Positions 30,230-39,457 of a DNA stretch of 64,000 bases are shown here, piece after piece. The stretch comes from an uncultured Verrucomicrobiae bacterium. GTDB taxonomy: Bacteria; Verrucomicrobiota; Verrucomicrobiia; Chthoniobacterales; Chthoniobacteraceae. Below the pieces are notes generated by a model. That model did no database searches. It was not told where the DNA came from and saw nothing but the letters and a program-made list of their open reading frames with translations. Both the position numbers and the translations under genes were made by a program. How positions within the stretch are numbered: the stretch's first letter is position 1; each line of letters starts with the position of its first letter. The DNA is taken from NCBI GenBank assembly GCA_963769025.1, contig CAVYKI010000010.1:256001-320000 (forward strand). The letters are read 5' to 3'.

Positions 30230-32845
30230 ATGAACACCGCACATACTCCGTCGCTCGCGCTGGCCGCGATGCTTGCCGCCACTCCCGCCTTTTCCGCAAA
30301 GCCGCCGGTGCCCGAACCGGCGCCGATCCTGCCGGCGGGCCAGGCGACGCCACTCGCGAAGCAGATGCCGATGCTGTCCCCTGCCGATGAGCTGAAGACC
30401 ATCCAGCTCCCCGACGGCTACCGGCTGGAACTGGTCCTGAGCGAGCCGGACATCAAGGAGCCGATGGCGATCGCGTTCGACGGGAACGGGCGGATGTATG
30501 TCGTGGAAATGCGGACCTACATGCAGGACATCGACGGCACGGGCGAGCACGAGCCGAGGAGCCGCGTTTCGCGCCACGAGAGCACGAAGGGCGACGGGAA
30601 TTACGACAAGCACACAGCCTTTGCGGACAACCTGAAGATCCCGCGCATGGTGCTGCCGTTGCAGGATTCCGTGCTGATCGGCGAGACAGACACGAATGAC
30701 ATCAACGAATTCCGCGACAAGAACGGCGACGGCGTGGCGGATGAAAAGACGCCGTGGTACGAGGGCGGGCCGCGCGGCGGGAACATGGAGCACCAGCCGA
30801 GCGGGCTGGTGTGGGCGATGGATAATTGGATCTACACGACCTACAACGCGTACCGCCTGCGGTGGAATCCGAAGGGCCCGATTTTGAAGGAGCCGACTGC
30901 GCCGAATGGCGGACAGTGGGGCCTTTGCCAGGACGACTTTGGCAAGCCGTGGTTTTCAAACGCGGGCGGCGAAAAGGGCGTGTGGAATTTCCAGACGCAC
31001 ATCGCATACGGCGCGATCAACGTGCCGAGCCAGTGGGACGAGACGTGGATGACGGTGTGGCCGGCGGTGGGGCTGTTCGACGTGCAAGGCGGCAAGAACC
31101 GGCACCGTGAAGACGGGACGGTGAATCATTTCACGGCATCGTGCGGGCAGGAGATTTTCCGCGGCGACCGATTGCCGGCGGAAATGCGCGGCGACGTGTT
31201 TTTGCCCGAGCCGGTCGGGCGGCTGATCCGGCGCGGCAAGCTCGAGGTGAAGGACGGCATCACCACGCTGAAGAATCCGTATCCGGAGTCGGAGTTCATC
31301 CGCAGCATCGATCCGAATTTCCGCCCGGTGAACATGGCGACGGGACCGGACGGCTGCCTTTACATCGTGGATGCGTACCGCGGGATCATCCAGGAGGGGA
31401 ATTGGGTGAAGGCCGGATCGTATCTGCGTCCGCAGGTGGAGCGGTATGGGCTGCAGAACAACATCGGCCACGGACGCGTGTGGCGGCTCGTGCACAAGGA
31501 TTTCACGCCTGGCCCGCAGCCGAAGATGCTCGACGAAAAGCCGGCGCAGCTCGTCGCGCACCTCGAACACCCGAACGGCTTCTGGCGGGATTCCGCGCAG
31601 AAGCTGCTGGTCGTGCGGCAGGATCAATCGGTCGTTCCCGCACTCCAAACGGTGGCGCGCACGAGCAAGAACCCGCTCGCGCGGATGCACGCGATGTGGA
31701 CGCTCGAAGGACTCGGCGCGCTCGATGCGACGCTCGCGCGGGAAAAGCTGAAGGACGAAAATCCGCGCGTCCGGGAAAATGCGATCCGCGCGACGGAATC
31801 ACTCATCAAGGCAGGTGACAAGACGCTGGGCGCGGAGATCGCCGCACTGGCGACGGACAAGGATCCGAATGTGGTCATCCAGGTGATCGCCACGTCGAAG
31901 GTGCAGAATTTTCCCGGCTGGGAGACACTCGCGCAGACGACGATCGCCGCGAGCAAGTCGCAGGGCGTGCAGGAAATCGGCAAGGCGCTCATCACGACCT
32001 CGAAGCCGGCGGACACGCAGGCGTTCAGCAAGGACCAGATCGCCGTGCTGAAAAAGGGCGAGGCCATTTACAAGGAGCTCTGCTTTGCGTGCCATGGATT
32101 CGACGGCAAGGGCATGCCGATGCAGGGCCAGCCCGGCGTGACGATGGCGCCGCCGTTCATCGGATCGAAGACGGTCGCCGGGCACCGCGACGGCCCCGTG
32201 CTCGCGCTGCTGCACGGCCTCGCTGGCCCGGTGAATGGGAAGACCTACGAGGCGCAGATGGTCTCGATGGCTGGCAACAGCGACGAGTGGATCGCCTCGG
32301 TGGCGAGCTACATCCGGAACAGCTTCGGCAACAGCGGCGCATTCGTGACGCCGGAGGAAGTGAAGCGCCTGCGCGCGGCAACGAAGGATCGCACGCAACC
32401 GTGGACGCAAAAGGAGCTCCTCGACGTGCTGCCAAAGCCGCTCGGTGATGCGAAGAAGTGGAAGCTCACCGCGAGCGCGAACCCCGGCGGATGCAGCGCC
32501 ACTGTCGATGGCGATGCCAAGACGCGCTGGGACACCAAGGCGTCGCAGGCTCCCGGCCAGTGGTTCCAGATCGAGCTTCCCGAGGAAACGGAGATCGCGG
32601 GGCTCGTGCTGGACGCGGCAAAATCCGGCAGCGACTTTCCGCGCGGCTACAAGGTCGAGCTGAGCGCCGACGGCCAGAAGTGGGCCAAGCCCGTTGCCCA
32701 AGGCAAAGGCAACGGACCGATCACGGACATCCCGTTTGCGCCTGCAAAGGCGAAGTTTATCCGCATCACGCAGACGGGCTCGGTGAACGGGAAATACTGG
32801 AGCATCCATGAACTCGCGGTGCTGAAGCCGGGCGGGAAGTTCTAG
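30230..32845 (+). CDS. Exported PVC-type dehydrogenase beta-propeller + HEAT + cytochrome c + F5/8-type C (CBM32-like) protein
   Basis: LPDGYRLELV..EP, FRPVN..TGPDG, HPNGFWRDSAQ, CFACHG, DGD.KTRW..QWFQIEL..WSIHEL. Intact ORF. Confidence 0.88.
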   Translation: MNTAHTPSLALAAMLAATPAFSAKPPVPEPAPILPAGQATPLAKQMPMLSPADELKTIQLPDGYRLELVLSEPDIKEPMAIAFDGNGRMYVVEMRTYMQDIDGTGEHEPRSRVSRHESTKGDGNYDKHTAFADNLKIPRMVLPLQDSVLIGETDTNDINEFRDKNGDGVADEKTPWYEGGPRGGNMEHQPSGLVWAMDNWIYTTYNAYRLRWNPKGPILKEPTAPNGGQWGLCQDDFGKPWFSNAGGEKGVWNFQTHIAYGAINVPSQWDETWMTVWPAVGLFDVQGGKNRHREDGTVNHFTASCGQEIFRGDRLPAEMRGDVFLPEPVGRLIRRGKLEVKDGITTLKNPYPESEFIRSIDPNFRPVNMATGPDGCLYIVDAYRGIIQEGNWVKAGSYLRPQVERYGLQNNIGHGRVWRLVHKDFTPGPQPKMLDEKPAQLVAHLEHPNGFWRDSAQKLLVVRQDQSVVPALQTVARTSKNPLARMHAMWTLEGLGALDATLAREKLKDENPRVRENAIRATESLIKAGDKTLGAEIAALATDKDPNVVIQVIATSKVQNFPGWETLAQTTIAASKSQGVQEIGKALITTSKPADTQAFSKDQIAVLKKGEAIYKELCFACHGFDGKGMPMQGQPGVTMAPPFIGSKTVAGHRDGPVLALLHGLAGPVNGKTYEAQMVSMAGNSDEWIASVASYIRNSFGNSGAFVTPEEVKRLRAATKDRTQPWTQKELLDVLPKPLGDAKKWKLTASANPGGCSATVDGDAKTRWDTKASQAPGQWFQIELPEETEIAGLVLDAAKSGSDFPRGYKVELSADGQKWAKPVAQGKGNGPITDIPFAPAKAKFIRITQTGSVNGKYWSIHELAVLKPGGKF

Positions 32846-33017
32846 GCGGCACGGCAAGGTGAGGCGGATATTCCTCCGGTGAGCCGGCTGGAACGTAGGC
32901 CTCACGTGTAGCGCCCGGCTCTTTGCTGAGGCGAATATTCAAAGTCGTAATGCGCGGTGCTTGCGCTATTTCTTCCGTATCAGGCGGCACTCCCGGCCGC
33001 TCAGAAACCCCACCGCC

Positions 33018-35189
33018 ATGAAACGATTCATTCTTTCCGCCTCCATCGCAGCCTGTGCCGTGCTCGTCTGGACGGCCTCTGCATCCGCCGCGAAGCCCGG
33101 CAAGAAAAGAAAACCGGACCCCACGCCCGCGCCAGCGCCTGCGGCCTCGGCGAGCAAACCAGCGCCACCGGAGGCGAAGCCGATGTCCGAGGAGCTGCCT
33201 TCGCCGTGGCGCACGTGGAGTGATCCGACGGGACGCACAATCGAGGCGGCGTTTGCCTCGCTCTACGGGAATATCGTCACGATCCAGACGAAGGAGGGGC
33301 AGACATATCAGATCAACCTGACGAATCTCGTGCCTGCGGATCGCGCCTTCGCGCACGACTACGCGCAGAAGCTGCGCGCCCGGGCCTTCGCGAACGACTA
33401 CGTGAAGAAGGCGGCTTACCAGATCGACTACCTGATCGGCTCGACGCTCGTGGGCAAGAGGCAGAAGTTCAACGCGGAGGCGACGGACGAACAGTTTGTG
33501 CGGCGCATCTACCTCGACGCAATCGGCCGCATCCCGACCGCCGAGGAGGCGGCGACCTTCCTCGCCGACACGACGCCGACGAAGGAGAAGCGGGCAAAGC
33601 TGATCGACAAGCTGCTCTATTCGCCGGGCTACACGATGCAGATGTACAACTGGATGGGCGACATGCTGCGCGTGAAGGACACGTTCGGGAAGAATGTGCC
33701 TGCGTTCACCTTCCAGGACTGGCTGAAGGACCAACTCCACGCGGACCGCACCTGGGACGGGCTCGTGCGCGCGATGCTCACGGCGGATGGCAAGCTCTGC
33801 GACAATGGCGCGACCGGTTTCCTGCTGTACGACGCGCAGATGCCGCTCGACGGCGTGTCGAACCTGCTCACGACTTTCCTCGGTGCAAACGTCGCGTGCG
33901 CGCAGTGCCACGACCATCCGCTCGCGGCTTGGACGCAGCGCGATTTTTACCAGATGGCGGCGTTCTTCGGCGCGAGTGACGGCCTGGATGAGAAGCTGCT
34001 GAACGCCGGCAAGAAACTCGCGAAGGGCAAAGGCAGCGGCCCGGAATTGCCGAAGGCGGCCGTGCAGCGCATCGCGAGCGCGAATGCGTTCCGCATGACG
34101 GACTCGGACAGGCAGAAGCTCACTTTCCCGAAGGACTACCACTACAGCAACGCGAAGCCCGGGGAGACCGTCACGCCGGCGCTCATCACATGGACCAAGA
34201 CAGACACGGCGAACCCGGCATACCGGGTGAACACGTCGAGCCCGCAGGAGCTCCGCGACGAGTTCGCGAAGTGGATGACGCATCCCAACAACCCGCGCTT
34301 CGCCGCGAACATCGCGAACCGGGTGTGGAAGAAGGTCTTCGGCCTCGCGGTGCAGGAGCCGGTGTCGGACATCGACGACGTGTCGAAGGCGAGCAATCCC
34401 GCGCTCCTCGCGCACCTCGCGACGATCATCAAGGCGGGGCGCTTCGACCTGCGCGAGTTCCAGCGCGTGCTGTTCAATTCGCAGACCTACCAGCGCGCCG
34501 CAAGCGCTTCGCCGGACCTCGAAAAAGGCCCGTATCTTTTCCCCGGCCCCCTCCTCCGCCGCATGAGCGCGGAGCAGGTATGGGACAGCCTGATGGTGCT
34601 GAGCGCCGGCCCCGATGTGGACAATCTGGTGCTGCGCCGCGGCGACGACGAGAAGCTGATGTCGCTGCCCGGCGACGCGGCGACGGCCGAGAATTTCAAA
34701 TACGTGATCGAACGAATGCAGAGCGCCGGCGCGACCATGGGCGGCGGAAAGAAAAAGGGCGGGGCGTCGAAGAATCTCATCGCCGAATACCAAGGCGGGA
34801 AGCCGCAGCAGCGTTTCGGAATGATCCTCGCGCGCGCGAGCGAGCTGCCGCAGCCCGCGCCGGAGACTCACTTCCTGCGCCTTTTCGGCCAGAGCGATCG
34901 CCTCATCGCGGACACGAGCACCACGGACGGCAGCGTGCCGCAGGCGCTCATGCTCATGAATGGCGGCGCGGGCCAGCTCATCAGCGATACCAACTGCGCC
35001 GCAGTCACGAAAGCCGGCAGCGCAGCGACGCCCGACGAGAAGATCGATTCGCTCTACCTCGCATTCCTCGCCCGCAAGCCGACGGCCGAGGAACGCCCCG
35101 TCGCGGCCAAGGCGCTGACGACCGGGCTCGGCATCAGCGACCTCGCCTGGGCGCTGGCGAACACGCGCGAGTTTCTCTTCATCCAATAA
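33018..35189 (+). CDS. SHD1-like + DUF1549 + DUF1553 protein
   Basis: RTWSDPTGRTIEA (SHD1-like), FVRRIYLDAIGRIPT, CAQCHDHP, NRVWK..FG, SVPQALMLMNG, WALANTREF. Confidence 0.87.
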   Translation: MKRFILSASIAACAVLVWTASASAAKPGKKRKPDPTPAPAPAASASKPAPPEAKPMSEELPSPWRTWSDPTGRTIEAAFASLYGNIVTIQTKEGQTYQINLTNLVPADRAFAHDYAQKLRARAFANDYVKKAAYQIDYLIGSTLVGKRQKFNAEATDEQFVRRIYLDAIGRIPTAEEAATFLADTTPTKEKRAKLIDKLLYSPGYTMQMYNWMGDMLRVKDTFGKNVPAFTFQDWLKDQLHADRTWDGLVRAMLTADGKLCDNGATGFLLYDAQMPLDGVSNLLTTFLGANVACAQCHDHPLAAWTQRDFYQMAAFFGASDGLDEKLLNAGKKLAKGKGSGPELPKAAVQRIASANAFRMTDSDRQKLTFPKDYHYSNAKPGETVTPALITWTKTDTANPAYRVNTSSPQELRDEFAKWMTHPNNPRFAANIANRVWKKVFGLAVQEPVSDIDDVSKASNPALLAHLATIIKAGRFDLREFQRVLFNSQTYQRAASASPDLEKGPYLFPGPLLRRMSAEQVWDSLMVLSAGPDVDNLVLRRGDDEKLMSLPGDAATAENFKYVIERMQSAGATMGGGKKKGGASKNLIAEYQGGKPQQRFGMILARASELPQPAPETHFLRLFGQSDRLIADTSTTDGSVPQALMLMNGGAGQLISDTNCAAVTKAGSAATPDEKIDSLYLAFLARKPTAEERPVAAKALTTGLGISDLAWALANTREFLFIQ

Positions 35190-35206
35190 TCCAACCAGAC
35201 ATCCCC

Positions 35207-36500
35207 ATGAATTCCGACTCCCTCCGCGATCCCATCGAACGGCGCACCTTCGTCGAGCGCTGCGCGCGCTACGCATTCGGCCTCACCGTGCTGCCGGTCT
35301 TTGCCGGTCGCGCGCTCGGCGCCGACAAGGCGGCCGTCGCAGCATCCATCGCCCGCGGCGCGGGCTTCGGAAAGGCGAAGCACGTCATCTTCCTCGAGCT
35401 GCAGGGCGGGCTCAGCCACATCGATTCGTTCGATCCGAAGACCGGCGACTCGAAGGGGCCCGGCGCGCCGCTCTCGACGAACGCGGGCTTCCAGGTGACC
35501 GAGTATCTGCCCGAGACGGCGAAGATCGCCGACAAGATCACCGTCATCCGCTCGATGACCGCCAAGGTCGGCGTGCATGCGAACGCGCAGTATCTCATGC
35601 GCACCGGCTATGAAAAGCGCGGCACCATCGTGCATCCGATGCTCGGCGCGTGGGCGCAGCATTACCTCGGCCCGAGCCACAAGACGCTGCCCTCGACCGT
35701 GTGCGTGAACCGTCCGGCGAACCACGGCAACGGATACTTCCCCGCGTCCTTTTCCCCGCTGCCGATCCTCGATCCGGACCAGGGACTCGCGAACTCCGCA
35801 TCGCTCGTCTCCGCCGACGTGCAGACCAAGCGCCTCGGCTTGCTCGAGCAGCTCGACGCGACGTTCGGCAAGAAGATGGCCGACGAGAATGTGAAGGCGT
35901 ATGGCGATTTCTACGACACGACGATGCAGCTCATGAAGAGCAGCGACCTGAAGGCATTCGACATCGGCTCGGAGCCGGCGGCGATGCGCGACAAATACGG
36001 GCGCACCAAGTTCGGCCAGGGCTGCCTGCTGGCGCGGCGGCTCGTGGAAAATGGCGTGCGCTTCGTCGAGGTCTCGAGCGGCGGCTGGGACATGCACAAG
36101 CAGCTCGCCGACAGCATGGAGGATCGCGGCGGGGAATTTGACCGCACATTCGCCGCGCTCGTCGAGCGACCTCGACGCGCGCGGGCTGCTCGACTCGACG
36201 CTCGTCGCCGTGACGACGGAATTTGGCCGCAAGCCGAGCTTCGACGGCAGCGGGCGCGGGCATCATCCGCTTTCCTTCAGCACCGTCCTCGCCGGCGGAG
36301 GCGCAAAGCGCGGCTACGTCCACGGCGCGAGCGACGCGAAGGGCTACGAACCGGAGGACAAGGCGATGACCGTCGGCAGCTTCCACGCGACCATCGCGTG
36401 CGCCGCGGGCCTGCCGATCGAGACCGAAGCGATCACGCCGAGCGGCCGTCCGATGAGCGTGGGCAACCACGGCAAGCCGGCGCTGGGAGTGTTCGCGTAG
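35207..36500 (+). CDS. DUF1501 family protein, Tat leader (one apparent frameshift at ~36165)
   Basis: ERRTF, LQGGLSHIDSFDPK, FGQGCLLARRLVE.GV.FVEV..GGWD.H, TEFGR.P..GR.HHP. Confidence 0.88.
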
Positions 36501-36555
36501 CGCCCGGAAGCAACGGACGACGCAATCGGCGGCGAGGGTGGCGCTGTTCGCGACG

Positions 36556-36951
36556 CTACCAGTCGCGGGAGCGGAGCTTTTTGACTGCCCCGCGCTTTTT
36601 CTTCGAGTCGAGCATGCGCTGCTTCACTCCCCACGGACGCTTCGCATTCTGCCGCCGCTTTTTCTCCCGCTCGTGCTTGCGTGCGGCGCGGGCCTGCTCC
36701 TCGGCGGAGGCGAAGGCGTCGAGCAAGCGTTCCCATGCGACGAGGCGGTTCGTCGCCTGCGAGCGCGTGTCCTGCACGCTCACGGCGCGTCCCGTCGGCT
36801 TGTGGTTCAAGGTCACCTGCGTCGAGACCTTGTTCACGTTCTGCCCGCCGGGGCCGCTGCTGCGGCTGAAGGTCTCCTCGAAATCGTCCGCCCGCAGCCC
36901 GAGCACGCGCAAGCGTTCGGCTTTCCAAGTCTGGAATTCGGCGGGCGTCAT
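36556..36951 (-). CDS. GGQ peptidyl-tRNA hydrolase domain protein (stand-alone RF-1 domain with basic tail)
   Basis: SRSSGPGGQNVNKVST, HKPTG, RSQ.TN, Arg/Lys-rich C-terminus. Confidence 0.88.
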   Translation of the reverse strand: MTPAEFQTWKAERLRVLGLRADDFEETFSRSSGPGGQNVNKVSTQVTLNHKPTGRAVSVQDTRSQATNRLVAWERLLDAFASAEEQARAARKHEREKKRRQNAKRPWGVKQRMLDSKKKRGAVKKLRSRDW

Positions 36952-36960
36952 CGTCGGACG

Positions 36961-38319
36961 CTACCACTTCGCGAGCTGCGTGGGAAAGAGGCACCGCTCG
37001 CAATCCGTCGCGTCGCGCTGGCAGAAGTCCTCGTAGATTTGCAGCAGTCCCTGCTGGATGGCTGCGGAGCGGAGGAATTTTGCGTCCGGCGGCGCACCGC
37101 CGAAAAGGCGGATCGCAGCCGTCTCCACGCGCCGGTTGCCGAGCGGCGCAGGCAGTCTGCAAAACTCCGCCCATCGCTTCGCATCCGCGGCGATGCCGAT
37201 CGGATAAAAGACGTTCGCCAGCATCTCGGTGACGCGCGATTCGCCGACGAGCGCCATGCGATTCGCCGAGGGCTTTGAGGTCACCGTGTAGTGATGGTCC
37301 CAATATTCGTCGCGCAGTTCGCCGAAGAATTCCGCGATGGCATCCGGCAGGCACGCTTCGCGCAGCGCGCGGATGCGCGGCCAGTGGCGGACGATCTGTG
37401 CGAGGGCGGCAAGCCGGCGCTGGGGATGGTTCATCGGGCGTTGGCCGCTCATTTTCCAAAGTGACCGCGGGAGAATCAGCCGCTCGAATTCCGCGCGGCG
37501 CGGCCACCATCGCTCCCACAGGCCGCGCAGATAAGCGCGCGTCGGTGAGTCGAATTCACCGAGGTCGCGTTGGTCGAGAAAACCGGCAACACCGAACAGC
37601 AGCGCGGCCGCCGAGTCCTTCGCGTTGCGGAGCATGCGGAGCGGCAGGCGCTGCGCGAGGAGGGTGAAAGGAAGCTTGTTGGATTTGTAGCCGAGCGTCG
37701 CGGCGAGCGACTGGAAGAGCGCCTCGTCGTCGCCGTGCAATTCCGCGAGCCGCGCGACGGCGGCGGCCTTCCTGCGCAGGCGGAATTGCGCGGCGCCCAG
37801 CAGCACCTCGCGCACTTTTTCCGCCGGCAACTCACGCAGCGGCGCGACGCACCGGCCGGGCTTGGCCGCAGGCTGCGGGTTCGGCGGTTCCTCGATGGCG
37901 TGGAGATCGATCTGCACCTGCGGCACGGAGCGGTGCTGCGAGGTGCGGGTGAAAAACTCGCGCTTCCCTCGGCTGACGAAGACGTGGAGCACAACGCCGT
38001 CGTAGTCCGTATTCGTCGCGTGGCCGTGGCGTTCCCAGTCGGCGGAGTCCGTGTCCAGTTCGATGCAGCCGCGCTTCGGCGTCCCGCCATCAAATGCCAC
38101 CGCCGCCTCCGCGAAGTCGGGGCCGGCCTCGTGATTCCACACGCCGAACTGCACCACGCGCACGGCGTGTCCATCGGTCGTCGTGAAATCCCTGCCGAAC
38201 GCCCCGGCAAACCACAGCGCCTGCAATTCGTGCTCGGACCACTCCCCGGCGGCTGCACCGGTGCCTTCGCGGACGAAGGCGCATTCGCGCAGGCGGACGT
38301 AGCGATCGGTGGGCGTCAC
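36961..38319 (-). CDS. DUF2851 family protein
   Basis: G.WN..AGPDF, G.IE....DW..HGH...Y..VVLHV, LGY..N..PF, RP.NHP.RRLA, QGLLQIY.DFC. Confidence 0.8.
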   Translation of the reverse strand: MTPTDRYVRLRECAFVREGTGAAAGEWSEHELQALWFAGAFGRDFTTTDGHAVRVVQFGVWNHEAGPDFAEAAVAFDGGTPKRGCIELDTDSADWERHGHATNTDYDGVVLHVFVSRGKREFFTRTSQHRSVPQVQIDLHAIEEPPNPQPAAKPGRCVAPLRELPAEKVREVLLGAAQFRLRRKAAAVARLAELHGDDEALFQSLAATLGYKSNKLPFTLLAQRLPLRMLRNAKDSAAALLFGVAGFLDQRDLGEFDSPTRAYLRGLWERWWPRRAEFERLILPRSLWKMSGQRPMNHPQRRLAALAQIVRHWPRIRALREACLPDAIAEFFGELRDEYWDHHYTVTSKPSANRMALVGESRVTEMLANVFYPIGIAADAKRWAEFCRLPAPLGNRRVETAAIRLFGGAPPDAKFLRSAAIQQGLLQIYEDFCQRDATDCERCLFPTQLAKW

Positions 38320-38446
38320 CGGGCGAAGGTAGGCCGAACGCTGCGGCCGGGTTCAATTCCAAAACCGCATTTTCACGCAGTTCCTCTTGTGCAGACGGGT
38401 GCTCTTTTTCCTCGTCCGCAAGGCGGGCTCCGGCGTAGAGGCGGGC

Positions 38447-39097
38447 ATGTCTGCCACCAAACCCGAGGCGCTGCTCGCCCAACTGCAATGGCGCTACGCC
38501 ACAAAGAAGTTCGACCCGGCGAGGAAGATCGCCCCGGACGCGTGGTCGGCACTCGAGCAGGCGCTCCTGCTCACCCCGTCGTCATTCGGGCTGCAGCCGT
38601 GGAAATTCATCGTGATCACCGACCCGGCGGTGAAGCAGAAACTCGTGCCGGTTTCGTGGAACCAGACGCAGCCGGCGGACTGCTCGCACCACGTCGTCTT
38701 TGCAGTGCGCAAGGCGGTCGGCGATCTGGAAGTGGACCGTTTCATCGAGAGCATCGTGACCGTTCGCGGCGGCTCGACGGAATCGCTGAAGGGTTATCGC
38801 GACGTGATGGCGGGCTTTGCTGGCAAGGCCGCAAAGGAGGGCTGGCTGCGCGAATGGGGCGTGAGGCAACTCTATATCGCCCTCGGGAATTTCATGACGA
38901 GCGCCGCGATGCTCGGCGTGGACACGTGCCCGATGGAGGGCATCTCGCCGGCGGACTACGACAAAATCCTCGGGCTCGAAGGGACGGAATTTGAGACGGT
39001 CGTCGCGTGCGCGGCGGGCTATCGCGCGACGGACGACAAGCACGCGGCTGCGCGCAAGGTCCGCTTTCCGGCGAGCGAAATCATCCAGCACATCTGA
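38447..39097 (+). CDS. NfsB-like NAD(P)H nitroreductase
   Basis: WRYATKKFD, TPSSFGLQPW, DTCPMEG, RKVR. Confidence 0.9.
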   Translation: MSATKPEALLAQLQWRYATKKFDPARKIAPDAWSALEQALLLTPSSFGLQPWKFIVITDPAVKQKLVPVSWNQTQPADCSHHVVFAVRKAVGDLEVDRFIESIVTVRGGSTESLKGYRDVMAGFAGKAAKEGWLREWGVRQLYIALGNFMTSAAMLGVDTCPMEGISPADYDKILGLEGTEFETVVACAAGYRATDDKHAAARKVRFPASEIIQHI

Positions 39098-39100
39098 CGC

Positions 39101-39413
39101 ATGAGCACGACCTGGACCGGAACTGAGCAATGCGGAGAAACGGGAACTGAAGGCGAAGGCGCAGTTGCTCGAGCCAGTGGTGAAACTCGGCCACGCGGGG
39201 ATGAGCGAGGCATTTCTGCGCAGCATGGACACCGCGCTCACGCTGCACGGCCTGGTGAAAATGAAGTTCAGCGATTTCAAGGATCAGAAACACGACCTCG
39301 CGCCGCAGATCGCGGAGATGACTTCGAGCACGCTCGTGATGCAGGTGGGCAATGTCGCGGTGTTCTTCCGGCCGAAGCCGCCGGCAGCGGTTCAGGCCGG
39401 GGGCGAGCGGTAG
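39101..39413 (+). CDS. yhbY: YhbY / CRM-domain RNA-binding protein (one apparent frameshift after codon ~3)
   Basis: Removing one base gives ..ELSNAEKRELKAKAQLLEPVVKLGHAG..HGLVKMKF..QVGNVAVFFR. Confidence 0.8.
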
Positions 39414-39457
39414 CCGAGAGGCTTGGCATTCGTGCGGTGCCCGCCATTATCGCGCGC

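Noticed and set aside
32766..35276. Long antisense/alternate-frame ORFs (e.g. 836 aa here, 942 aa at 43895, 681 aa at 9067)
   Set aside because: Shadow ORFs of high-GC genes, with no recognisable motifs of their own.
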